From an uncultured Acidobacteriota bacterium (GTDB taxonomy: Bacteria > Acidobacteriota > Thermoanaerobaculia > Gp7-AA8), in assembly GCA_963822445.1 (NCBI GenBank), contig CAWGHO010000002.1, forward strand, positions 768,001-832,000: a DNA stretch of 64,000 bases. Direction: 5' to 3'. A model generated the notes under the pieces. That model was given only the letters and a program-made list of their open reading frames with translations. It ran no database searches and was not told where the DNA came from. The position numbers and the translations under genes are program-made. The first letter of the stretch is position 1. Every line of letters starts with the position of its first letter. This document shows positions 30,404 to 40,028 of the stretch, one piece after another.

Positions 30404-30865
30404 TCACACGGTGGTTTCAGGGTTCCGAACGGCGGGCGGAAGCCCCTCTTCTCCGAGCTTCGCGGCAAAACGATAGGTTACGACTGTCGCGAGCAGATAT
30501 CCGAGGCCCAGCGAGAAAACGATCGACGCCGGGATGAGCCAACCGCTGTCGTCCTGGAACACGTTGATGAAGACGAATCCGATGCCGAGGGCCGTCAGGA
30601 TGATGCCCCGGGTGAATCCGCTCATGATCCGTTCGCGTGCGAATAGCGTCGGCGCCGAATTCACGCCGGTGACGAATTGCTGGCCGGCCGGCGAGTGCAG
30701 GAACTGCACGAGCTCGGGCGCGGAGCCGAAGCGCTCGATCAGCTTCGACTGCATCTGCACCTGCGCCTCCACGCGCCGCTGGCGGGATTTGGTGACGATC
30801 GCGACGACCAGGACCACCATGGTCGACGAGGCCACAATGCCGAAAAGCGGTATCAACTCCATCAT
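30404..30865 (-). CDS. Membrane protein (DUF6249-like) upstream of ECF sigma
   Basis: TM, QSKLIERFGSAPELVQFLHSPAGQQF, two TMs; GGAGGAG RBS; homologous to the C-terminal half of 55949-56866. Confidence 0.75.
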   Translation of the reverse strand: MMELIPLFGIVASSTMVVLVVAIVTKSRQRRVEAQVQMQSKLIERFGSAPELVQFLHSPAGQQFVTGVNSAPTLFARERIMSGFTRGIILTALGIGFVFINVFQDDSGWLIPASIVFSLGLGYLLATVVTYRFAAKLGEEGLPPAVRNPETTV

Positions 30866-30891
30866 CAGGTCTCCTCCGGTTCGATTACGGA

Positions 30892-30921
30892 GCTAGTACG
30901 TCGGGAAGGCTGTTTCGGTTA
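30892..30921 (-). promoter_or_regulatory. Putative ECF-type promoter
   Basis: TAACC-N16-CGTACTAGC on the minus strand; same motif at 55901-55930. Confidence 0.6.
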
Positions 30922-30991
30922 ACAACCTGTCGGTTTTCACTGAAATTGGTTAGAATTCCGTTCACCCCTTCAGCACAGGCAGTGAAAACAC

Positions 30992-31426
30992 ATGGTTATT
31001 GAAGAGCTCCGCAAGGCGGACCGCTTCGTCGTCGTAGACCCGATCAACTCGACTTTCGGGCCGGCCGAAGCCGTACTTTGCGACATCAGCATCGCCGGCG
31101 CGCAGATCACGCACGCCCAGCCGATCCGGATCGGAACCCTGGCCCGGCTCTCGTTCCGGCGCGGTGACATCGTCGTCGCCACGCAGGCCCGGGTGATCTG
31201 GAGTCACGTCGATCCCGGGGCAGGCGGAAAGCTGATGTATCGCAGCGGCCTGCGCATCGAGGCGGCCGACCCGCAATACGCGATGGCCATCAACTCACTG
31301 CTGCGTGCCGGCGCCATCCGCCAGGACCTCGAGTCGCTCGACAAGAAGCGCGAGCGCGAGATCCAGCGCGAGGAGAAGAAAAAGTCGGGGCCGAAGTCGA
31401 TCCCGACCGCCGGCCAGCCGCTGTAG
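30992..31426 (+). CDS. PilZ-like domain protein
   Basis: RKADR (RxxxR) and DISIAG (DxSxxG). Confidence 0.85.
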   Translation: MVIEELRKADRFVVVDPINSTFGPAEAVLCDISIAGAQITHAQPIRIGTLARLSFRRGDIVVATQARVIWSHVDPGAGGKLMYRSGLRIEAADPQYAMAINSLLRAGAIRQDLESLDKKREREIQREEKKKSGPKSIPTAGQPL

Positions 31427-31433
31427 CACGCCT

Positions 31434-32420
31434 TTACGGTTCTGATCCGATCGACAGCGTGATGGTGCCGTAGGACTGCGGCCGTCCGTTCGGCTTGAAC
31501 TCCGCGCTCCTGACGGTGTGCGCGTACTGGACGCGAAACCAGCGGATTCTCACGCTGCCTCCGAACCGGTGATCGAGCACGAGCGGCCTGCTCTCGATCC
31601 GGTGAAGCTCGTCGACCTTGTCGATGAAGATGTTCCGTCCGACCACGCGAAGATCGGCGCCCGCGAAAACGTACGCGTCCCATCGCGGAGCTTTGTCCGG
31701 AAGAACGGGTGCGAGGCTGGCGATGGAGGGAATCGGCTGTAGGAACGTGCGGGGCAGGTTGTAGCCGAGACGCACGGTCGTGCCGACACTGGCGTTCGCG
31801 AACACGTTCCCAACCATCCCGCCGATCGAGGGAGTGACGTCGAAGTAGGAAAGCCCGTCAGCATTGCGCCGTTCCGCCGCGTGGAAGCGCCGCTGGGCGA
31901 CGACCAGCCAGGCGAAGCTCTCGGAGATCTGGTGGTCCCAGCCTTCTGGATCAGGCGCGTTCGGGACGATCTCCTGATGAACGAACGTCTGGGCCTCTTC
32001 GGCGTGCGACTCCGGTCCGATCACACCGCCGTAGATCTCGACGTGGTCCGAGGTTTCCGGGCGGGTCGCATCGACCATCATCACCGCCGACAACCATCCT
32101 CCGTACGGACGGTCGCCGATCTGTCTCGTTCGCGCGCGGAGATTCTCGGGCGTGTACATCGTCTGAACGAGGCCGAGGGTTACGGCACCGCCGCAAAGTT
32201 CTTCGTCTGACGCGCGGCAGAGCCACCCCAGCGGCTTGTTGAAGCGCGATGTCGGTGAGGGGATCCACCTCCAGGTGAGCCGCGTTCCGTTCGTGTAGCC
32301 GAGGTCCGATCGATCGTTGAGGGCGAAGACGTCGTTCTCTTCCTGAACCGTGAACGTGCCGCCCGACGCGGTCAGCGCAACCGCGAGGCTCAGGCTCAAA
32401 GCGATGAAGACTGGTCGCAT
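31434..32420 (-). CDS. Lipid A deacylase LpxR family (DUF2219) outer-membrane protein
   Basis: Signal peptide; ENDVF, YTNG, QTMYTP, DRPYGG, GWDHQI, RLGYNL. Confidence 0.88.
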   Translation of the reverse strand: MRPVFIALSLSLAVALTASGGTFTVQEENDVFALNDRSDLGYTNGTRLTWRWIPSPTSRFNKPLGWLCRASDEELCGGAVTLGLVQTMYTPENLRARTRQIGDRPYGGWLSAVMMVDATRPETSDHVEIYGGVIGPESHAEEAQTFVHQEIVPNAPDPEGWDHQISESFAWLVVAQRRFHAAERRNADGLSYFDVTPSIGGMVGNVFANASVGTTVRLGYNLPRTFLQPIPSIASLAPVLPDKAPRWDAYVFAGADLRVVGRNIFIDKVDELHRIESRPLVLDHRFGGSVRIRWFRVQYAHTVRSAEFKPNGRPQSYGTITLSIGSEP

Positions 32421-32492
32421 GGTCACCTCTTTCATAGGAGGGACGGACCGCGGAAGAATCCCCACCTTCGCACGAGGGCGTAGCATCGCCCG

Positions 32493-33431
32493 GTGAAGCT
32501 CGCTGCAGTTCTCCTCTTCGCCGTCAGTCTCCAGGCGCACGAAGGCTGGGGCGTCATCGTCGACCCGCGGTTCGGAGTCGTGGTCAGCGACGTTCCCGGG
32601 AACACGATCTGGAGGATCAGGGACGGCCGGCTGGAGGCGCTCGTTCGCGGCGTGCACTCGCACGACGTGGTTCTCGGCAAAGACGGGGCGCTGTATGGAA
32701 CCGATCCAAAGACGAGCGGCGGGACGTTCAGCGTCTGGCGTCTCGATGCTGCCGGCAAGTTCTCTTACGTGATCCCGCCGGCGGCTGATTCGGTGCTCGG
32801 GCTGCAATCGTTTCTGATCACCGATGACGGCGCGATCTATTCGGGCGGCCGGTACGATCCTCAGAAACCGGCCATCGCTCTGCTGCGGCGCGAGCGCACG
32901 GGCGAGATCTCTCGAGTCGCCGATGGGTTCCGCGGAATCGACGACATCAGCGTGATGCCGGACGGCAACGTTCTGCTCGTCGACGGCGCGTACCTGCGTA
33001 CCGTCACTCCCGACGGCCGGATCGCAACGGTCGCCGGTCCACTGACCCAGCGCCGCTGGGATGAAGACCTGCTGGGCATCAGCTCGATCCGCGACTCGGC
33101 CGTTCACGTCGCCGATCACGCCGGCCGGCGCATTCTTCGCGTCGACCTGCGGACCGGGCAGGCCACCGAGGTGTATCGCTCCGATTTCTTCTGGGCTCCG
33201 GCGGGCGTGGAGGTCGTCGACGGAACGCTCTACGTGCTCGAGCACCTCCGCCCACCCCTGGCCCTCCTCGGCGACCTGAAAATCGGCCCGTATCTGCGCG
33301 TGCGCCGCATCGGCTCGGGAAAATCCGAGACGCTGGCGGTGGTCTGGGGCCGGATGACGTGGATCGTCGTTGTGGCCGCGGCTGCGGTGTCGACGACCGT
33401 CGCGTTGTGGCGCCGCACGAAGCGCCGTTAA
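32493..33431 (+). CDS. Exported beta-propeller (NHL-like) protein with C-terminal membrane anchor
   Basis: Signal peptide, repeated DGALY/DGAIY/DGTLY blades, C-terminal TM plus basic tail. Confidence 0.65.
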   Translation: MKLAAVLLFAVSLQAHEGWGVIVDPRFGVVVSDVPGNTIWRIRDGRLEALVRGVHSHDVVLGKDGALYGTDPKTSGGTFSVWRLDAAGKFSYVIPPAADSVLGLQSFLITDDGAIYSGGRYDPQKPAIALLRRERTGEISRVADGFRGIDDISVMPDGNVLLVDGAYLRTVTPDGRIATVAGPLTQRRWDEDLLGISSIRDSAVHVADHAGRRILRVDLRTGQATEVYRSDFFWAPAGVEVVDGTLYVLEHLRPPLALLGDLKIGPYLRVRRIGSGKSETLAVVWGRMTWIVVVAAAAVSTTVALWRRTKRR

Positions 33432-34459
33432 CCGATGAAGTTCGGCTCGGGATGGATCTCGATGCCGTACGCGTCGCGTACTTTCGTCTGAATCATCTCG
33501 ACGAGCTCGCGCACCTCGCGCGCTGTCCCGCCGCCGCGGTTGATCACTGCCAGGCTGTGCTTCGAGGACAACCCGACGTTGCCGTGCACGAAACCTTTGT
33601 GAAAGCCGGCGTGCTCGATCAGCCAGGCGGCCGACAACTTCACGTCCTCACCCGACGGAAAATGCGGTGCTTCCGGCGCAATCCGCGCGAACTCTTCGTA
33701 GTGCGCCGCGGTGATGATCGGATTCATGAAGAACGACCCGTCGCTGCGCGTATCCGGATCGCCGGGATCGAGCACCATCCCCTTGCGCTTGCGGATGGCG
33801 ATCACCGCGCCGCGCACTCCGGACAGATCGTCGAGGGCGATCCCCCGCTCGTCGATGTACCTCTGCAGCTCGGGATACTTCACCGTCGCGCTGCCATCGC
33901 GCCGCAAGCGAAAGGTCACCGACAGCACGACGTAGCGATCGCGCTCGTAGTTCTTGAAGAGGCTCGAGCGATAGCCGAAGCGGCAGTCCCAGTTCGTGAA
34001 CCAGGTGACCAGCCCCGTCGTGCGATCGAGCGCTTCCACCCGCACGATGGTCTCGCTGACGTCCTGCCCGTACGCGCCGACGTTCTGAATCGGCGTCGCG
34101 CCGGTCGAGCCGGGGATGCCGGAAAGACACTCGATGCCCGCGTAACCCCGCTCCACCGCGAACGCGACGAAGGAGTCCCACGGCTCGCCCGCGCACACCT
34201 TCACCATCGCGTACTCGTCTTCGCTCTCGACGGTGATCCCGCGCGTATCGATGTGAATGACCAGGCCGTCGAAGCCCTCGTCCGCGATCAGGAGATTGCT
34301 GCCGCCGCCGAGGATGAAGATGGCCTGATTGTGGTCGCGCGCCCAGTCGAGCCCCTCGCGAACGTCATCGACACTTTCCGCGCGCAAAAAAAATCGCGCC
34401 GGACCACCGATACCAATCGTGGTCAACGGCGCGAGGGGAACGTTTTCTTCGATCTGCAC
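33428..34459 (-). CDS. murB: UDP-N-acetylmuramate dehydrogenase
   Basis: LGGGSNLL, GIPGSTGATPIQNVGAYG, GYRSS, GSFFMNP, KHSL, PEP. Confidence 0.95.
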   Translation of the reverse strand: MQIEENVPLAPLTTIGIGGPARFFLRAESVDDVREGLDWARDHNQAIFILGGGSNLLIADEGFDGLVIHIDTRGITVESEDEYAMVKVCAGEPWDSFVAFAVERGYAGIECLSGIPGSTGATPIQNVGAYGQDVSETIVRVEALDRTTGLVTWFTNWDCRFGYRSSLFKNYERDRYVVLSVTFRLRRDGSATVKYPELQRYIDERGIALDDLSGVRGAVIAIRKRKGMVLDPGDPDTRSDGSFFMNPIITAAHYEEFARIAPEAPHFPSGEDVKLSAAWLIEHAGFHKGFVHGNVGLSSKHSLAVINRGGGTAREVRELVEMIQTKVRDAYGIEIHPEPNFIG

Positions 34460-36051
34460 TACACCCCGGGCATCGCTTTCTTCAAAGGCTTGAGAAGGAT
34501 GAAGAGCACGACGGCCATGATGAAGGCCATGATCGCCAGGGTCAGGAAGAAGCGGGTGTGACCCCACAGGTCCCAGTAGCCGCCGATCGACGTGAGCTTG
34601 TTGCCGATGGCGGTCGCCAGGAACCAGCCGCCCATCATCAGGCCGCGCATGCGGATCGGCGCGACCTTCGACACGAGCGACAGACCCATGGGGCTGAGCA
34701 TCAACTCGCCGAGGGAGATCACGGCGTAGGTCAGGATCAGCCACCAGAGCGATGCCTTCGTCGTGGGCGCCGTTGAAATCGCCGTGGCCGAGTGATTCTC
34801 GAGACGGACGTAATCGCCCGGCACCACAGCCGAGCCGCCGTTCACGGTCACAGGCCACGCTTCCTTCGGCACGGTCTGACCACCTTCCTGGATGTTGACC
34901 TGCGTCGGAGGCATGGTGATGCCGAGGTACTCGCGTGCTTCTTTGGCGATCTGCACGTAGGTCTGACCGCCCTCGTTGCTGATGACGCGGAAGGCCGGCG
35001 AGGTGAAGCCGTTCGCCTGCGCGCCGAAGTAGAGGACCAGCATGGAAAGGCCGGTAAGGGTCATGCCGATGGTCATCTTCATCGGCGTGGACGGTTCCTT
35101 GTCGCGCTTGTCCAGCCAGGTCCAGAACGCGGCCAGCGGCAGCGAGAGGATGATGATGTACAGCGGATTGATGGCGTTGGAGAGGATGCCGCCCGCCTCG
35201 AGGAAGGTCCAGCGGGTGTGATCGTCGGCCCAGAAGGTGAGGGTCAGCGAGTTCTGGTGGAAGATCATCCAGAAGACGATGACGATCAGGAAGATGACGA
35301 TAAGGGCCATGATCCGCTTCCACTCCGGGACGGCGTTCATGTTCTGCGCGTCTTCATTGAGCACCGGCGGGATGTCCTCGGACGTCGCCACGGCATCCTG
35401 ATTCGCTCGGGAGCCGTCGGCTTTCGAGAAATCGCTCTGGCCTTTGATGCGATCCGCGTAGCGCACGTGCCGTTGATTCACGGCGAAAACGATCAGGGAG
35501 ATGGTCATGCCGATCGCGCCCATGAAGAAGGCCGGATGGAATCCCCACCGCGGCTGCACGAAACCGGCGACGATCGGCGCCAGCGTCGCACCGATGTTGA
35601 TGCCCATGTAGAAGATCAGGTAGGCCTTGTCTTTGAGATGGCTTCCCTCGGAGTAGAGGTTGCCGACCATCGACGAGACGTTCGGTTTGAAGAAGCCGTT
35701 ACCGATGACCAGACAGGCCAGCGCGAGATACAGGATGTTGATCCTGTTCGGCACGGCGAGCAGGGCGTGGCCGGCGATGAAGAAGCAGGCCCCGACCAGG
35801 ATCGACTTCCGGAAGCCGAGCCAGCGGTCGGCGATGAACCCGCCGAAAAGCGGCGAGGCATAGACCGCGGCCAGGTACCACGCCGAGATTCCCGTGGCTT
35901 CGGCATTCGTAAATCCGAATCCCTGGACCGCATCGCGCAGGTAAAGCGCGAGCATCGCGTTGACGGTGTAGAAGCTGTAGCGCTCCCACATCTCACTCGC
36001 GAAAAGTACGTACAACCCTTTTGGATGCTTATCCGTCGCCGCAGTGGCCAT
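34459..36051 (-). CDS. POT/PTR family proton-dependent oligopeptide transporter
   Basis: EMWERYSFY, GNGFFKPN, FYMGINIG, GELMLSPMG. Confidence 0.93.
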   Translation of the reverse strand: MATAATDKHPKGLYVLFASEMWERYSFYTVNAMLALYLRDAVQGFGFTNAEATGISAWYLAAVYASPLFGGFIADRWLGFRKSILVGACFFIAGHALLAVPNRINILYLALACLVIGNGFFKPNVSSMVGNLYSEGSHLKDKAYLIFYMGINIGATLAPIVAGFVQPRWGFHPAFFMGAIGMTISLIVFAVNQRHVRYADRIKGQSDFSKADGSRANQDAVATSEDIPPVLNEDAQNMNAVPEWKRIMALIVIFLIVIVFWMIFHQNSLTLTFWADDHTRWTFLEAGGILSNAINPLYIIILSLPLAAFWTWLDKRDKEPSTPMKMTIGMTLTGLSMLVLYFGAQANGFTSPAFRVISNEGGQTYVQIAKEAREYLGITMPPTQVNIQEGGQTVPKEAWPVTVNGGSAVVPGDYVRLENHSATAISTAPTTKASLWWLILTYAVISLGELMLSPMGLSLVSKVAPIRMRGLMMGGWFLATAIGNKLTSIGGYWDLWGHTRFFLTLAIMAFIMAVVLFILLKPLKKAMPGV

Positions 36052-36125
36052 TCAGGGTTCCTTTCGAAATACGGGAGGTTCAGCGGCGCACGATACAAGA
36101 TCCCTACCAGACGGGACCAGAGTTT

Positions 36126-36234
36126 GTTACGGGGTTGCGGGGGTTCGAGGTTACGAGGTTGCGTTCATTCGTGATGACAGGTTGCTCGCTCGCGATGACA
36201 ACCTCGTAACCCCGAAACCCCGTAACCCCGCAAC
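36126..36234. repeat. Inverted octamer tandem-repeat hairpin (GGGGTTAC type)
   Basis: Directly visible. Confidence 0.85.
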
Positions 36235-36746
36235 TAGAACGCTCGAAACGCCGCCTCCACCTTCTCCGTGGCCACGAACATCCTGCTCGCGCCGGAGTTG
36301 CAGTAGGCCCAGTCGTGGCTCACTCCGGTGACCATCAGCGATTCGTCGGGGCAGAGCTCACCCAGGGCGGCGCCGAGGGTGTGGACGTCGGTGCGGTCGT
36401 TCGTCTGGATGATGAACGTCGATTCGAACGGCAGCTCGACGAGCGTGCCGAGGCGGTCGAGGGCGTCGTGGAGCTCGGAGTAATCGGCGCCGGGCGTGAG
36501 GCTGTGGCGCACGAGCAGAAAATCGCGATTGGTCGTGAACTGCGTGCAGGCCACGAGCAGCCGCGCGTCATGATGAATGTGCGTCCGGATGTAGCGGACC
36601 AGCGGCGCCGCGTGCCGCCCCTCGGGCAGGAACACCTGCCAGCTCATGTCGAAGTTGGGTTCCGCGCCGAGCCGCCGCATCGCCTGCGACACCGCGAGCG
36701 TGAGCTCGCCCTCATAGCAGATCTGGAACAGTCTGACTTCCCCCAT
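36234..36746 (-). CDS. Hypothetical protein, possibly tandem Cas2/VapD-like ferredoxin folds
   Basis: GGGAGGG RBS; two similar halves; DYSELHDALDRLG...ESTFII. Confidence 0.6.
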   Translation of the reverse strand: MGEVRLFQICYEGELTLAVSQAMRRLGAEPNFDMSWQVFLPEGRHAAPLVRYIRTHIHHDARLLVACTQFTTNRDFLLVRHSLTPGADYSELHDALDRLGTLVELPFESTFIIQTNDRTDVHTLGAALGELCPDESLMVTGVSHDWAYCNSGASRMFVATEKVEAAFRAF

Positions 36747-36801
36747 CGCACCCTCCCAAGTCCTCGCGTTCCGTGTTGTGGTGGGACGACGTGAGTTTAA
36801 G

Positions 36802-36829
36802 TTGAAAATTGAAAATTGAGAATTGAAAA
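36802..36829. repeat. Heptamer tandem array (TTGAAAA)x4, no inverted partner
   Basis: ttgaaaa ttgaaaa ttgagaa ttgaaaa. Confidence 0.75.
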
Positions 36830-36866
36830 CGAGACTTATTCGGCACCGCTCGTGGCGGCTCGTGCC

Positions 36867-37829
36867 TCAGGCGGCTGACGACACCCGATGAGGGGTCGTC
36901 TTCAAAATCGAGGCGAGGTTCAACTCGTCGCCGCGCAGGCAGGCGGTGACGAGGCTCGCCAGCTCGCTGGTCACGATCGGTTTGTACAGCACCGCCGCGA
37001 CGACCTCCTGGTCGGCGTTGCTGATCAGCTGGTCCGAGAACCCGGTGACGATGAACAGGCGATGCGGCCGCACTTCGTAGCGATGCCGCAGAAAATCGAG
37101 CACTTCCCAGCCCGACAACCGCGGCATGTTCAGGTCCATCAGCGCGACGTCGTACTTCCGCGTCTTGAATGCCTCGACCGCATCGCGGCCGCTGGAAACG
37201 ACGTCGACCTCGACGCCGACCCGCGCCGCGACATGCGTGTAGAGATCGCGAATCGGCGCGTCGTCGTCCGCGACCAGGATCCGCCGCCCCGGCCACATCT
37301 GCCGCGCGCCGACGGTCGACAACGCATCGCGGAAGGCGCCCAGCGATGGATACCGCTGCGCCGGATCTTTGGAGAGCGCCCGCTTGATGACCGCCGCCAG
37401 ATCGCCGGGAACATCGGACCGGAACTGGTGGACGTCGAGCGCGACGTCGGTGCAGGCGGTGAGCATGATCTCGGCCGCGGACGCACCGGTGAAGGGCGGG
37501 CGGCCGGCGAGGGCGTGGAAGAGAATCCCCGCGAGCGAGAACACATCGGTCGCCGCGTTGGCCGGCTTGCCGAGCACGCGCTCGGGAGCCGCGTACTGCA
37601 GCCACCGCATCCGGTCGCCGGTTCCCGGCGGCACGATCCCCACCGCGTCACCGACCGAGATCGCGCTCGGCCATAACTCGCCATGAACCCCGCTCCGCTC
37701 GAGCGAATCCGCAGCCTCCCGGCCAATCCGGATCACCTCGGCGATCTCGATCGGTCCCGAGGCCATGATGGTGGTGAGAGGCTCGGAGTCGGACATCTGG
37801 GAGGGGCGCGCGTGCAACGCGGACGCCAC
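36867..37829 (-). CDS. Degenerate Ser/Thr kinase C-lobe fused to a receiver domain
   Basis: VHGEL in place of HRDL, YAAPE, ATDVFSL, KDPAQRY; then ILVADDD...MDLNMP...YKP. Confidence 0.8.
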   Translation of the reverse strand: MASALHARPSQMSDSEPLTTIMASGPIEIAEVIRIGREAADSLERSGVHGELWPSAISVGDAVGIVPPGTGDRMRWLQYAAPERVLGKPANAATDVFSLAGILFHALAGRPPFTGASAAEIMLTACTDVALDVHQFRSDVPGDLAAVIKRALSKDPAQRYPSLGAFRDALSTVGARQMWPGRRILVADDDAPIRDLYTHVAARVGVEVDVVSSGRDAVEAFKTRKYDVALMDLNMPRLSGWEVLDFLRHRYEVRPHRLFIVTGFSDQLISNADQEVVAAVLYKPIVTSELASLVTACLRGDELNLASILKTTPHRVSSAA

Positions 37830-37830
37830 T

Positions 37831-37912
37831 GTTGCGGGGTTACGAGGTTGCGGGGTTACGAGGTGATGGTGGTCTCGCTACCACCCCGAAACCTCGTAAC
37901 CTCGTAACCCCG
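37831..37912. repeat. Inverted octamer tandem-repeat hairpin (GGGGTTAC type)
   Basis: Directly visible. Confidence 0.85.
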
Positions 37913-39928
37913 TCACCCCGTAACGGCGAGCTGCGCGAGCAACCACGCAAAGTCATGTGCATGCTCGCGCAACTTGTCATACCTCCCCGAGGCGCCTCCG
38001 TGGCCGGCGCCCATGTTCACGCGGAGGAGCAGGTCGTTTTCCGCTCCGTTGCAGTCGCGGAGGCGGGCCACCCATTTCGCGGCTTCCCAGTAGCCGACCT
38101 GGCTGTCGTTCAGTGACGTCCGCACGAGCATCGCCGGATAGCGCTTGCGCTCGACGTTCGTGTAGGGGTCGTAACTCTTCATGTATGTGTAGGCATCGGC
38201 TTCGTTCGGATTGCCCCACTCGATGTACTCCTGCGTGGTGAGCGGCAGGGTCGCGTCGAGCATCGTGTTCAGCACGTCCACGAACGGCACGTAGGCGAGG
38301 GCGGCGCGGAACAGGTCGGGGCGCATGTTCACCACCGCGCCGACGAGCAGTCCGCCGGCGCTGCCGCCTTCGATGGCCAGCTTGTCCTTGGACGTGTATC
38401 CGGCGGCGATCAGGTGCTCGGCCACGGCGATGAAGTCGGTGAAGGTGTTCTTTTTCTCCGTCATCCGGCCATGCTCGTGCCACGCCTCCCCCATCTCCCC
38501 GCCGCCGCGGACGTGGGCGATGGCGAAGGTGATCCCGCGATCGATGAGCGAGAAGCGGTTGGGATTGAACGCGTCCGGAATCGAGGAACCGTACGAGCCA
38601 TACCCGTAGAGCAGCAGCGGCCTGACTCCCTCGGCATCTTTGCGACGAACGAGGGCGACGGGGATCTGCGCTCCATCGCTCGCGGCCACGAAGATGCGCT
38701 CCACGACATAGCGATCGCGCCGGTATCCGCCGAGGATCTCGGTCTGTTTGAGGAGCACCGCCGTGCGGGCGTTCATGTCGTAATCGAACGTCGACAGCGG
38801 CGTGATCAGCGACTGATAGGTGTAGCGGAACACGCTCGTGTCGAATTCTTCGTTCGATCCCGGCGCCGCGGTGTACGCGGGCTCGGGAAACTCGATGCGA
38901 TGCGAAGCGAGATCGCGGAGGTCGTAGATCTCGAACGCGGGCAGACCACGCTCGCGGACGCGGACGACCATGTGATCGCGGAACAAATCGATCTCCTCGA
39001 TCTTCACCGGCGCGCGATACGCGACGACCTCCGACCAGTTCGCAAAATCATCGACAGGCGCGCTGACCACGCGGAAGTTGATCCCCGCGTCGTTGGTCGT
39101 GACGTAGAAACGATCGCCGCGGTGATCGGGGTAGTAGCGATGCTCGTCGCGCCGCGGGACCATCACCACCGGTTCTACGGCCGGTGTCGCGGCGGGGATC
39201 AGCCGCACTTCGTTCGTGGTCTTGCTTTCGGAAAGGATGAAGATCCAGTCGCCGCTGCGCGAGCGATCGGCATACAGGTCGTAGATCTCGTCCTCTTCCT
39301 CGTAGACCAGGTCGTGCGCGTCGGTGCCGAGGACGTGGCGGTAGAGGCGGTACTGACGCTTGGCCTCGTTCTCGACCGTGTAGAACATCGTCCGGTTGTC
39401 CGCGGCCCAGAGCAGCGACTCGGTCTTCTCCGCGCGATCGGGAAGAATCTCCCCGGTGCGGAGATCCTTGACCTGCATCGTGTACTGGCGATACCCGCTG
39501 TCGTCGGTGGAGAAGAGCAGGAGATTGCCGTCGTCGCTCACTTCCATCGCGCCGACGTCCATGAACTCCTTGCCCGCGGCAAGATCGTTGACGTCGAGGA
39601 TGATCTCTTCCGGCGCATCGAGCGTCCGCCGCCGAGCCCAGATCGGATACTGCCGCCCCGCCTCGGTGCGCGAGTAGTAAAAATACGCGCCCTTGCGGAA
39701 CGGCACATTGACGTCCGTTTCCTTGATCCGCCCCAGCATCTCTTCGTACAGCGTCTGCTGGAGCTGCTCGGTCGGGGCCATGACCTCGTCGGTGTACGCG
39801 TTCTCCTCGTCGAGATACCGGAGCGTTTCCTCGCTGCTCTTGTCGCGCAGCCAGGCGTAGTCGTCGACGCGCGTGTCGCCGTGAATGGTGAAGGTGACAG
39901 GGTGTTTTTTGGCTACTGGTGCCGGCAC
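37913..39928 (-). CDS. ptrB: Oligopeptidase B (S9A)
   Basis: HGDTRVDDYAWLR, GGSAGG, EWGNP, DSQV, GHGGASGR. Confidence 0.95.
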   Translation of the reverse strand: MPAPVAKKHPVTFTIHGDTRVDDYAWLRDKSSEETLRYLDEENAYTDEVMAPTEQLQQTLYEEMLGRIKETDVNVPFRKGAYFYYSRTEAGRQYPIWARRRTLDAPEEIILDVNDLAAGKEFMDVGAMEVSDDGNLLLFSTDDSGYRQYTMQVKDLRTGEILPDRAEKTESLLWAADNRTMFYTVENEAKRQYRLYRHVLGTDAHDLVYEEEDEIYDLYADRSRSGDWIFILSESKTTNEVRLIPAATPAVEPVVMVPRRDEHRYYPDHRGDRFYVTTNDAGINFRVVSAPVDDFANWSEVVAYRAPVKIEEIDLFRDHMVVRVRERGLPAFEIYDLRDLASHRIEFPEPAYTAAPGSNEEFDTSVFRYTYQSLITPLSTFDYDMNARTAVLLKQTEILGGYRRDRYVVERIFVAASDGAQIPVALVRRKDAEGVRPLLLYGYGSYGSSIPDAFNPNRFSLIDRGITFAIAHVRGGGEMGEAWHEHGRMTEKKNTFTDFIAVAEHLIAAGYTSKDKLAIEGGSAGGLLVGAVVNMRPDLFRAALAYVPFVDVLNTMLDATLPLTTQEYIEWGNPNEADAYTYMKSYDPYTNVERKRYPAMLVRTSLNDSQVGYWEAAKWVARLRDCNGAENDLLLRVNMGAGHGGASGRYDKLREHAHDFAWLLAQLAVTG

Positions 39929-39938
39929 CCCGTAACTC

Positions 39939-40028
39939 TATCCTTCGCGCGGGCGGGCGGACGGCGGCGCGCGGAGGATCAATGGTTACACCGCGAAAGG
40001 TGTAGGCCAAAGACGACGCACGTTAGGC
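39939..40028. repeat. Imperfect direct repeat of about 90 bp, copy 1
   Basis: TATCCTTCGCGCGGGCGGG...GCGCGGAGGATC..GGTTACACCGCG...GCACGTTAGGC also at 43435-43521. Confidence 0.8.

Noticed and set aside
31434-35323. Long N-terminal extensions in the ORF track for LpxR and MurB (also QueA, radical SAM, saccharopine dehydrogenase, M50B-like)
   Set aside because: The extensions overlap neighbouring genes; better starts exist at 32420, 34459, 41021, 23801, 46604 and 46573.
8344-37912. CRISPR arrays at the tandem-repeat sites
   Set aside because: Units are 7-8 nt without unique spacers; no cas genes.
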